64,000 bases of DNA from Ostrea edulis (taxonomy: Eukaryota). Below, piece after piece: positions 53,501-64,000 of the stretch (its first letter is position 1; the number at the start of each line of letters is the position of its first letter). Made by a program: the position numbers and the translations under genes. The stretch is from positions 82,584,001 through 82,648,000 of the forward strand of contig NC_079168.1 in NCBI RefSeq assembly GCF_947568905.1, in the 5' to 3' direction. The notes beneath the pieces were generated by a model. It was not told where the DNA came from, did not search any database, and saw only the letters and a list, made by a program, of their open reading frames with translations.

Positions 53501-56500
53501 CTAGTGTAGTAATTTGGAAGCAATTCTCTTCTGAAACTGCATCCACTGTTGCATAGCCTTTGGATCAAGTTTGGAAAGCGGTTCTTTGACTTGACTGAGC
53601 GATGGCCAATCTGTGACAACACGATGTCCATCTTTTAGCACACACTCTGCAATTCGGCTGATGTCCCTGGATTTGTCAATCTCTGGTCTCTTCCTTCCAG
53701 CCTTCACTGTATTATTTACTTGCATAAGTTTTTGCTTCATCGTATCAATTACTTGCGTAGACATTGTCACCACTTTGGCTGAATTAAATGACTTATTAGC
53801 TCCCTGTGTATTGAGCTGAGTTTTTATCTTTTTGATCTGGAGTTCCACACAATTATCATTAGGTACATTTTGGTCAACTCCTCCCATCAAATTCTGACAA
53901 ATGTTCCACTTGTACTCGAAACTATCTCTTGGGCTAAGAATGGCAGCTATGTATGCAATATACCTCCATAACCATAATTTATATTTGGTATGCCCAAGCG
54001 CACCTGCGTAGAGCCATTCAAATTTTGCATTACGAAAGCAACGTTCACCATCCCCCATTCGATATGCATCACAAGTGTCATGAAGCAATAGGACCATCCT
54101 CATGAAACTAGAAACAACACTGTCAGAGCTTTTTGGTGGTACGCACTCATGAAACTGCCACCGATGCTTCTTCTTGAGATGATTCCTAAAGTGACCCTCA
54201 GTTAGATAGTGTTTATCACATAGTGCACACTTAAACCCATTCACGTCTTTCATTTCACCAACTTTTTGACAGTCTATATCTAAATGCTTAACATTGTCAC
54301 GCAGCACTTCTATGTAGCTTGTATCCTTGATTCCTAAACTATCCATCACAATTTCAGCTTGATCATATAGCCAGTCCTTCTTTTGATTTTCATTCATGAG
54401 GGAAAATAGTGGGAGGTTTGGTGGTTTGTCGTCTAAATCATTCATGTTGTGTAAACTCATAAATGCTGCAACCACATATCCACTCATTACATCCATGATG
54501 TATGTCATGTGTGACCTAAACAATGCAGTGATTCATATTTTTAAAAGAGCATTTGGGATAATCCATGATATGTACATACAACAAGAAATTTTTCATTACT
54601 GATACATGTCTGCATATTATTAAAGTTTTAAATGCGAATATAATATAGAGGGGAAATCTTTTAAAATGGTTAAGGTGACTCAGGTGAGCAATGCAGCCCA
54701 TGGACCTTTTGGATTATTCATTGTAGAAAGGGGGCCACTTTAATACAATAAATGTGGAATGTCATTCTTTTTCAAACACTAAAACTTCAATGAAGACAAT
54801 TTACTATTACCTTAAGTCTTTGGTCACTTGTTCAGCTCCTGATACATTTCTTCTGTTGATTAGGTTACGAAGCTGATAAAGACTGCCACCATCACCACTG
54901 CTTTCCTCTTTGTAAAACTCTTGATATATGCCCTGAAGTAAATAATTCAGAAATAACTAAAACACATTTAATTTCCTATAGTATTGTACTATCTATTGAT
55001 AAATAATATGTTATAATTCAGGGGATTGCAACCAATATTTTGATTCATTACGTCCACAACATTACTTTGGTAAAGAAAAAACAGTTGAATTATTTCCTGT
55101 CAGTTATTGGTACTCTGTAATGTTTGTCAAATTGGATTGACCTACCGTAGAATGAAGTAAACCAAAAACAGTAAATTCCAATGGTGAAACGTCACCTAAC
55201 ATAATAAAAAAGGAAACAGTTAACAACATACATCATAAGACATGCACAGTATGACAAACTGGAAATGAATTCACATGACACGAATTTGCAATATGTCAGA
55301 AAGCTTACATATAAATTTCAATTTCTCTAGTCCAGTGGCTCTTGAAAATATTTTTTAATGACCCCACCCTAATTTTGCATTATCTCCCCCTTTTACAGGG
55401 GCATGGCCATTCATTTAAACAAATCTGAATCCCCTTCAACCAAGAATGATTTGTACCAATTTTGATTGCAATTGGTCCAGTGGTTCTGCATAGAAGAAGT
55501 CGATAATGTGATAAGTTTACAGACAGAGAGACAGACAGCGGGTGATCAGAAAAGCTCACTTGTTAGATTTCTCCACTTTTAACATTAAGGTATTCAATGT
55601 ATAATGACCATATTTCATATCTAATAAATGGATGGTGGAATTTTTGTAATCATTGTATCATTTTGAAGGGTTCATCAAATAAAAATAATCCACCATAGGA
55701 ATTTTCAAAATTTTGTTTACTGCTTGATTTATTTCACCTAGAATTTAACATTGAAGTATATGGGGAAAGCATGTTTTATTACAATATTTTAAAAAGAAAT
55801 TATATTTTCACACAAATCTCTTGGTAGAAAGTTACAAACACTTTCTCTTAGTGAAAATATGAAATGAAATTAATCATTGACCACACACATTTTAAGAAAA
55901 TTAGAGTTTTCTTATTTTTACAAAGGACAGACAACTCTTCCAAAAAGTCTTAAGTGCAAAAAGGTCAGCTTCTAATCATTTACCAGACATGTGAATTTCA
56001 TCTGCTTCACTTTCATCATTATTGAACAATAAATATTTATATTGATCTAAATCCTTCAAAATTGTTCATTATCCTTTCATTATACATGGAATACCTTAAG
56101 AACAAGTCCAGCATTTCTATCAACTTGATGAATACAAAGTTTGGAAAATTATTTTAGAAAAATAGTGATGCATGTGATTTTTTATGAAATTTTTTTTAGG
56201 ATGATAAAAACTGCTCAAGAAAGTAATTTGTAATTGTATTACCAAATCTACTTAAAATCAGATCTTCTCCAGTGTAACGGTAAGAGAAGATCTGATTTTA
56301 ATTAGATTGTGTATTATCACATGCATAACTTTATAAACTGGAAAAGGAAGTAAAACTCACAAATTAAAGTAATTACAATACTACCATCAGAAAATTCATC
56401 TGCCTGTGTAATCCTTCAGGTCTATGTATTACACCAAGTAACTTTTCATCGCAGGTCTCATTGTTTCTCATGGCTTGTTGTGCACTCAAAGCTCGTTCAT

Positions 56501-58504
56501 TGGTCAAAACATCACCACCCAGCACTACCTTTTCAATGTTTTCATTGATGTGTGGCACTGCTAAAGAATGCACTCTTTGCAGTATACGAATCATTCCATC
56601 AGAGGAATTTTCACTTTCATCAATTAAATCACAGTTAATGAACACAGACTTCTGGGAAGTTTTTTCAATATATGGGTGCTGGATGTTATTTGGAAGGAGT
56701 CTCTCGAATTGCCTCAGCTCCTCGATATACTTTGTTAATATTTTTGCCACATGGAATTGTGTATTTTTCTGATATTCTTCGATTTCATCTTCAGATGGAA
56801 CAAACTCACAACTGTCAATCGTTTCTACATCAGCTAAGGATTCATCTGTTGGAAGATCCTTGTCAGTTATTCTTTTCTGAGTAGCAAGCAGAAGAAACCA
56901 ATGCCATGATTTTCTTTGTCTATCTAAAGTCATATTAGCTGGACTAACAAGTATATCAATATTGTCACCTAAGATTTCAATGGGTGGAGATGGATTTTCC
57001 TTAGTTTTCCGAATTTTCTCTTTCAAAAAAGACACCACTTTTCCTTGATTTCCTGAGGAGTAAATGATCCCTGGGTTGGAGTTTTGATTTGCACTAGCAT
57101 TAAACTGCACAGTGACTGGTTCCTGAGTCACACCTCTCATCTGTGAATGGTAATTCATTGAAAAAGTCACTTCACTGTCTGCACTGGTATTGGATGTTGA
57201 TCTTTTAGAACAATCCCAAAGCTCACGAGTTGTTAAAGTATCTAACTGCACCCCACATCCATTTGACAACACTCTAGGGGTCCTGGGCATGTCAAATTTT
57301 TCAAACAAAACTGGCTGAGTTTTAGGTTTGAACAATACATTCATTTCACTCATTTGATCTTCATACTCCCTAATGAGTTTGGTTGCAGTCATGGCATCTC
57401 GCCTCTCAGAAACATACTTGCCAACTGTTTCTTGAACAATCTCTTCTTGTTGTCTTACAATGTCTCTCTTCTTTCTGTGTAAAGCACTTGGAGACACAGA
57501 TATCCCCAGGTCATGTAACACTGATATTGCCTGAAATAATTAAAATTAAGGATGAGTCGTTTTCAATTTTGTTTCAGCAAGAGGCCCACAGGCCTTAGTG
57601 GTCACCTGAGTATTTGTTCCAAGGACTGTGAAATGTACCAAAAAAAATTCCTGATCTGAATATCCAAGCTAAATTCTAAATAATTAAGATTCAGCAGTTT
57701 GTTGTCATGTAGAAACAATCATAATAGCCTTTAATTATTTAATGAGTATTACACATTCTAATTAGCATACAGGTCAGCTTATATTGATGTGTTTATATGA
57801 CTTAATTCAATTCCTATCTTGCATAGGTTTTTACATTTTTGAATTGACATCACAATGATTAATATACTAGTATAAAACTTTTCACAACACATGTTAAGAT
57901 TGAATAAAATTTATAACTTAATTTGTAAAATACATTTTTCATAAAAATATTAAAGAAAAAATCATACCTCTTTGGTGGCACCACATTGATCCAATATCAG
58001 TCCAATAGTGTACTGCAGTCTTGATAGGGTGTTGTTTCTGCTGTACAACAAAACTGAAAACCCAGTGCAGAGGCTTATCAGTTTATGCCCTTCAATTTCA
58101 CTCTCTTTAACATCCTTTGATATAACACTTTTTAACAATGATGCAGTAATAGGAGCTCGCTGGTTGAAATATTGCAGGAGACTTTTCCAGTCTTTAATTT
58201 CGGTGTTGTAATGCAGCTGATTATCTTCTTTTCTGCAAATTTCGCTGATTTCCTTGCGTATCTCCTTACAAATGACTTGAACTACAATTTTCTTGTACTG
58301 GTCTGTCTTCATCAAGTGATGTACAAAAGTTTTACTTTTGTTGAACATAGCTCTGCATATTGCTTGTTTGATGGGATCATGAACAACTGAAGACCTATAT
58401 TTGCTTCCATACTTTACTGTGATCTAAAATTATGCAAAATGTCTTTGTTATTTACAGACCTTGGTCAATATATTTGCATGGTAATGGCAGACACAAACAT
58501 CAGC
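53501..58504 (-). CDS. Academ-type transposase, spliced, lacking its 5' exon(s)
   Basis: Exons 58504-58460, 58423-57968, 57530-56385, 54932-54811, 54515-53501 in frame; motifs GDNIDI, GGDVLTNER, EGLHRQMN, C..C..HLKKKH, GDGERC, NDNCVELQI; no start codon upstream. Confidence 0.8.
55589..56095. mobile_element. Kolobok-type MITE (507 bp) in a transposase intron
   Basis: TTAA on both flanks; TIR GGTATTC(A/C)ATGTATAATGA matches at 18 of 19 positions. Confidence 0.75.
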
Positions 58505-58621
58505 CTGAAAATTTAATTTTTTGTTTTGTTGTTAGCACTTAATTCTCTTAGTTTAATGAAAATAATCATGTGCATATATCTAGGGATGGGCAAAATGGAT
58601 CTGAGTGATGCTTTCTTAAAG

Positions 58622-58921
58622 AAACAAGAGGCCCATGGGCCACATTGCTCACCTGAGTCACCTTGGCCCATATCTGAAGACTTTCAATATATATTTGCAT
58701 GTAAAACCTTAGTCCCTATTATGGTCCAAACTACCCTTTGCAAACTTGAATCTACACTATGTCAGAAAGCTTTCATGTAAATTTCTTTGGCCCAATGGTT
58801 CTTGAGAAGAAGATTTTTAAAGCTTTTTCCTATATTTGTATGTAAAACTTTGACACCCCCCCCCCCCCACTTGTGGCCCCATCCTACCCCCGGGGGCCAT
58901 GATTTGAACAAACTTGAATCT
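58622..58921. mobile_element. Truncated HINE-like element
   Basis: AAACAAGAGGCCCATGGGCC start, closely matching 17245 onward; breaks off 50 bp before the AcademH TIR. Confidence 0.8.
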
Positions 58922-58980
58922 GTGATGATGGAGATAATCGAATAGAAGCACCCGTGGGTAACCGACGATGGGTATCCCTC

Positions 58981-60872
58981 ATTCAGTCGAATAATTAAAT
59001 CAGCCGTGCATGAATCCAATATCTGGGCAACCGTAAATTTCTTTCCCTTTAATTTGCACTTTCTGACAGCTAATGAGACTTTGTTTTGGATTTGCTTAAT
59101 TTGCAGTTTTTTTCATTTTGAAAAAGATATTTGAAACACAGGTAGCACATCTCCGATCCACATTTCTCAGTTCCCATTTACATAGTGTACTATAATGCAA
59201 ATGAATTTTTCTGTCTTTGTTATCAGGTCTAGCTTGGCCACAATATATTGTTGGAAAAGCCAGGAACTCAGAATTAATGTCTTTAAACACACTTATTGGA
59301 CTGTTGTGTTCTCCAGGTGCCACATTCAAAACTTCGTTAAATTCACGAAAATCTACAGGTTGTATTACTGTGTCTGTGTTTCCTGTTGCTCTTTCATCAA
59401 TATTTTCTTCTGTCCATTTCTCTATGACATCCGATTCAGAGTTCTCTGTATTATTTTCCTCGATGATGATTTCTTCATTACACGAAATTTCATTATCCTC
59501 TGTTGAATAATCAGTAAACCAACTTTCATTTATTTCAATGCCCTCATTTTTTAACAATTCACTATTTTCAACTAACCATTTTGCTGCATTCAAAACTTTA
59601 TTAGGTCGAATTTTTTCAAAAGCAACAGAATGTTTAAAATTCAAACTGCGTTTGAATTTCAGTGCAATTGTTTCATCTTCTGTCAACATTCTTGGTAACT
59701 TATTCACTGTTGACATCACATCTGCAGGGACATTTACAACATTTCCACTTATGCTTAACTGTCCACCCCTGGGTTTTTCTCGTAACTGCATGGAAGGTAT
59801 CCTTGGTGCAACTAAGTGTTCTTCTAAAGAAGATAATTCAAGTTCTGGTGGTTTTGATGGAAAACCCAATGAATTCATTATGGAACATGATGGAATTCTA
59901 TTTTCTTTCATATGTTGATAACAAGTTCTGCATATTAAATCATCACTTTCTATTTGACACTTTTGAAGCATTATCGCTGAAATGATGGATGCTTTTCGGA
60001 CACTTTCTTTGAACCAAGTTTGGGTGCAACACCTACAAACATAATCTGGCCCAGATACAACACTTTTATGAAACTTTGCAATTAACGCATCCCCGGTCTC
60101 ATTATGCTCATTAGCAGGTTGTATTTGTTCAAATTCTGTGTGACCACAAATGTCGCATACATTCAGATCAACTACACTTGTCTTGACTTTTGACAGACAA
60201 ACAGCATTTTCTTGTAAAGTGTGCACGATCTTTCACAATAAAACCACCTATCTGATACAAGTCAAACTGGACATTTTCTTGACAATTAAATAATTGTCTT
60301 ATCAATTTATTGACACCAGAGAAAGTATTTACAGTAAATATAACTGCTTTTCCATCACAATTTGGTTTCCCAGAAGAATCTCTTGCATGTGGATCAAACA
60401 CATGAAAGTATGGATCGGAATACAAAATAGACACACCACGCCTTTGCATAAAAAAAATACCTGCTTGTGTTGATCCATAAAAACATGAAGCCATGGCTGA
60501 TTCCAGGGACAGAAAAGGGCTATTTTCCACAAAAGAATCACAAAGATTACCTGAGAATGTTAAACCCACTGAACATCGCAGTAAAGATTTCTCAAAACAA
60601 AAGTAACTTGGTAAATCATTTGGATGTAAATATGAATGGGTACAATATTGACGAACATGATGATACAGCGCATCCCCACGTCTTAAAATAAAATCTATAT
60701 CCTGTGGGCTCCATTCCCTAACTTCCCTCACATTGATATACTTGTACAGAGTACTAACCAGAGCATTTGAAACACACTGCCTTCCACTACTACCTTCTAA
60801 AAATACACCAGATCCTTGGTGTAAACTACCAAACGTGCACTTCTCAATTTCAGTGCTACCAGCACCAGACAT
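58981..60872 (-). pseudogene. Helentron RepHel N-terminal part: herpes-tegument-like cysteine protease, Cys-rich/DUF6570-like region, start of Rep; frameshifted
   Basis: GSLHQG..GRQCVSN..W..DIDFILRRGDALY..FDPHARD; CRCC..CRTC..LEEHLVAPRIP..GNVVNVP; EFLAFPTIYCG; ..LNEGY continuing beyond AcademH. Confidence 0.85.
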
Positions 60873-62562
60873 TCCATTGTCATTTGTTGGTCTTTTCTTC
60901 CTTTGATTGGAAGTGATTCATCTCTTGATATCTCTTGATGATATGCTTTATTTAAAAAATCATTATGTTTTACTATATCATTATTCCTCCTAGATAGGTT
61001 AGTGATAGGTGCAAGGATTACTGAACACAATTATAAATGATTACTCTTTGTGATTCTGATTTGATACAATATCAATGCGATTAATGCTAGGAATGAAAAT
61101 GCTTAATAAGTGTTTCGATTAATTTTCAAATTTCAGACATTTAAGGACTACAGTTTGAAATAAAACTATTGATTTCAAGGAAAATTACCAGGAGTGCAAC
61201 AGATCATTGGTGCCATAACAATGTGTTCAAAAATTAGTCACTCTCTTTCATGAAAAAATCAAATATCTAGTTTTTCAATCATATTGTATTACTACAACAC
61301 TCCTCTACAAGCAGACATGTTGAGCTGCATAATGTAATGCCAGAAACATGTACCGGGTAGATCTAGTCCATTATTTCTCATGTTCAGTGTTATACACACG
61401 ACCCACTGTATCCTTAAAAGTTATCTTGGAAAGGGTGGGTTATCAACTAATAATGTTATCTGAAATCATCAAACTTTTGCTTTTCTCTAATCAATTCAAC
61501 TTCGCACTGCATCATCTGAAATTCTCTGCACAGTGAATATGTCTGCCCTCGTGTGCCACTTGTGTACCACGCAGTGTAGATGATAAAATATTATTTGCGG
61601 GTTTTAATAGAGTTTTCTTCCTTCATCTAACTTTTTAGTGTTTGAAAGTCATATAATAGCAACAAACAACACAGAAACAAATGTAAAGCAGCTTCAGCTT
61701 GTTATATGAGCCTAGTGTTGACAGTCATCGTAGTTTTCACACTTAAAGAATTGTTCGATGTCCAACCTATAACTGTTCTGGCTTATACTTACGAGTATTT
61801 AATACAACTAAATGCCTAAAAAATTATGAAATAGCATGAAAACAACATGAAAACACAAAAAATCTTGATAATTTACCTTTCACCTTTCAGCACACGTTTA
61901 CGGTTGACAAATTCTCTCGTCTTCTCCTCGTCTTCGATGTAAATAGATCACTGTCGCGTATGAAAATATTAGCGTATGGGAATTCAATATTTAACAAACA
62001 ATTCATTCATATCCAAATCAATATATTATTATTTTGCAAAGTATTGCCAGGTAAAATATTTTCAAAACTTGAATATTGCTGTCTTTAAAAGTATGAATAA
62101 CAATGTGTTTGAACTATTTTTTTATTACGCGTCAGACAGTGCAATGAGGTTTCGCGCCATATTCGATATTTCGCGCCACGGTGTCAATAGGTCTTGTGTG
62201 CAGTTGTCGTTCGTTTCCCTATCAATGTTTATAGGTGACGCTGCGCTACAAACGACAATTTTCAACCTTATCTTTTATTTTTCTATGTATATCAGTATCA
62301 ATTTGATCGAATTCTTGTATTCAAATTGATTTGAATACAATATCATTGCATTTACTTACATGTCAATTATCAAAATTAGATTAATTCAGAAAAGTTACAT
62401 GGATTATTTAATGGCGGATGTTTATAAAAGTTTATGCTGATTTACCTAGGAGTAAATCAGCTGACACAGAACCCCCGCTGACGACCACTATATAAATCAA
62501 TACAAATTACTGCGCAGAAAAGTGCGTGATGACCCAGGGAGATTGAACATAGTTCAACTCCC

Positions 62563-63311
62563 AAAAATGGAGAAATTTCAATGTTGGAAGAGAAGGCAGC
62601 ACTGAATAAGAAACTTGAGAAAACTCATGATGAAGTCCTTCAACTTAAAAACACTTTAGGCTCATCACTGGCAGAAAATCCAGACACTTTTGAATCTCAT
62701 AACCCATTGCCTACAGTACTTCTATTAGGTACATCCAATACGAAGGATATTAAAGAAGAGATACTTACTCCTGCAGCATCAATCAAGAAGGCTATGACAT
62801 ACACTATTACAGAGGCCCGTAGATACCTAGCTGAAAACTGTGAACAACAATATGATGCTATTATACTCCATATTTTGACGAATGATGTCAAAAAAGACAA
62901 TCCAGATGACTGTGTCACCAACATGTATGAAATTGTTCAGTTCATAAGACAAAGATGGCCCAATACCAAAGTTATCATCTCATTAACTACCCCAAGAAGT
63001 GATTTGCAGAAAAACAATGCAGAAATGGTAAATCTATTATGAAACAGAAGTTTCTACAAGATAATGATGGAGCTATATCTTTTGTTGATCACCACAACAT
63101 GTTTGTTGACTCTGGTCTTAACCTAACCCTGTTGAATAAAGATGGATATCATCTCAATCCTAAAGGAGTATCCAAACTTGCTGTCAATTTCCGTTCGGCT
63201 ATACATGCATCCCTACACCTAAACGTAGATCGTCGTTCCAGAAGCAGTTCACAGCGTCGGAATCGCGGACGAGGATTTCCTGGAAAACCTAGATACGCCA
63301 GACGAGATTAG
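62563..63311 (+). pseudogene. LINE ORF1 C-terminal half with SGNH/GDSL esterase domain, frameshift near 63039
   Basis: LLLGTSN, ILHILTNDV, VIISLTTPR, DGYHLNPKGVSKLA; Arg/Gly-rich tail. Confidence 0.85.
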
Positions 63312-63330
63312 ATAATCTTCCAGAGGTGTA

Positions 63331-63508
63331 NNNNNNNNNNNNNNNNNNNNNNNNNNNNNNNNNNNNNNNNNNNNNNNNNNNNNNNNNNNNNNNNNNNNNN
63401 NNNNNNNNNNNNNNNNNNNNNNNNNNNNNNNNNNNNNNNNNNNNNNNNNNNNNNNNNNNNNNNNNNNNNNNNNNNNNNNNNNNNNNNNNNNNNNNNNNNN
63501 NNNNNNNN
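63331..63508. other. Assembly gap (N run)
   Basis: 178 N bases. Confidence 1.
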
Positions 63509-63606
63509 GTATTATATTAGCAGTATAATAATTTTGAACCATATTGTATGTACATGCAGATAGTCAACATGGTATGCTCTTTTATATATTGTTAAACTTC
63601 ATATAA

Positions 63607-64000
63607 ATGAAGGTAAAAAAAAAAGAAGATTTGGCCTACTTAATGTTGGAGGTCTAACATGTAAAGAGGGTAACAAGTTAGAGGAACCCTCATTTGTTGA
63701 GCAATTTAAGAAATATGATATTTTCTTTTTAATCGAAACCCACATAGGGTATGATTTCTGTGTTCCAAATATTGAGCCGTTTTATTGTCATACTATATGC
63801 AGGGCAAAGTCTACTAATAATAGATACTTTGGAGGATTAGCAATATTTTGTAATAAGTATATCAAACAACATGTAAAGATACTGACAAACAACAACAAAG
63901 ATTTTCAGTGGCTGAAATTTGACAAAGATTTCTTTGGCTTTGAAAATGATTTATATCTATGCGTGATATATATTCCATTAATATCCTCATATTATAAGGC
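63607..64000 (+). CDS. LINE ORF2 start, APE endonuclease domain (CR1/L2/RTEX-like; runs off the window)
   Basis: After a poly-A slip near 63620: GLLNVGGL..YDIFFLIETH..GGLAIF..DFQWLKF..LYLCVIYIP, open to the window end. Confidence 0.85.

Larger units (their letters stand above)
47367..58970. mobile_element. AcademH DNA transposon (11604 bp)
   Basis: TIR CATCGTCG....CCACGG; 10-bp TSD GGTATCCCTC (47357-66, 58971-80); convergent RecQ-like helicase and Academ-type transposase; removal restores LNEGYHVLRN in Rep. Confidence 0.9.
30947..62562 (-). mobile_element. Full-length Helentron (Helitron2 with APE endonuclease), ~31.6 kb including nested insertions
   Basis: 5' end (minus strand) TTTTT-GGGAGTTGAAC-TAT-GTTCAATCTCCC hairpin. 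The inverted 11-bp subTIR at 30969-30979 is followed by a small stem-loop and a T-run. AAAAAT lies at both flanks. Rep-Hel-APE coding segments are inside. Confidence 0.8.

Noticed and set aside
59096-60872. Endogenous herpesvirus or other viral insertion
   Set aside because: The protease-like domain is contiguous with Helentron Rep sequence, and no other viral genes are present.
61145-61413. Small TTAA-flanked MITE (similar case at 52374-52562)
   Set aside because: TIRs are only ~9-12 bp and imperfect; plausible but too weak to list.

Overview
AT-rich, intron-containing animal DNA. Its repeat families resemble those of oysters/bivalves (inference; species not determined). No ordinary host gene is evident: the window is a dense nest of DNA transposons. 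(1) 1-14107: two related EnSpm/CACTA-type elements sit tail-to-tail, 191 bp apart, and share the terminus CCCGTACGAAA. Each has a two-exon Tnp2-type transposase and a divergently transcribed spliced accessory gene. The second element (6005-14107, AT TSD) looks complete, and its accessory protein ends in a BEN-like domain. (2) 14551-24979: a third head-to-head gene pair missed by the ORF track: a 9-exon C2H2-finger + DDE-like transposase and a 7-exon 265-aa protein of unknown function, bounded by a CATATG array that abuts a broken YqaJ nuclease gene. (3) 30048-64000: a LINE (esterase-type ORF1, APE-type ORF2) is split in frame by a ~31.6 kb Helentron encoding a herpes-tegument-like protease, Rep, Pif1 helicase, APE nuclease and a separate OB-fold gene. 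The Helentron holds a Harbinger-type MITE (itself containing a Kolobok-type element) and an 11.6 kb AcademH element. Gene models and boundaries were read by hand; family names come from motif recognition, not database searches.
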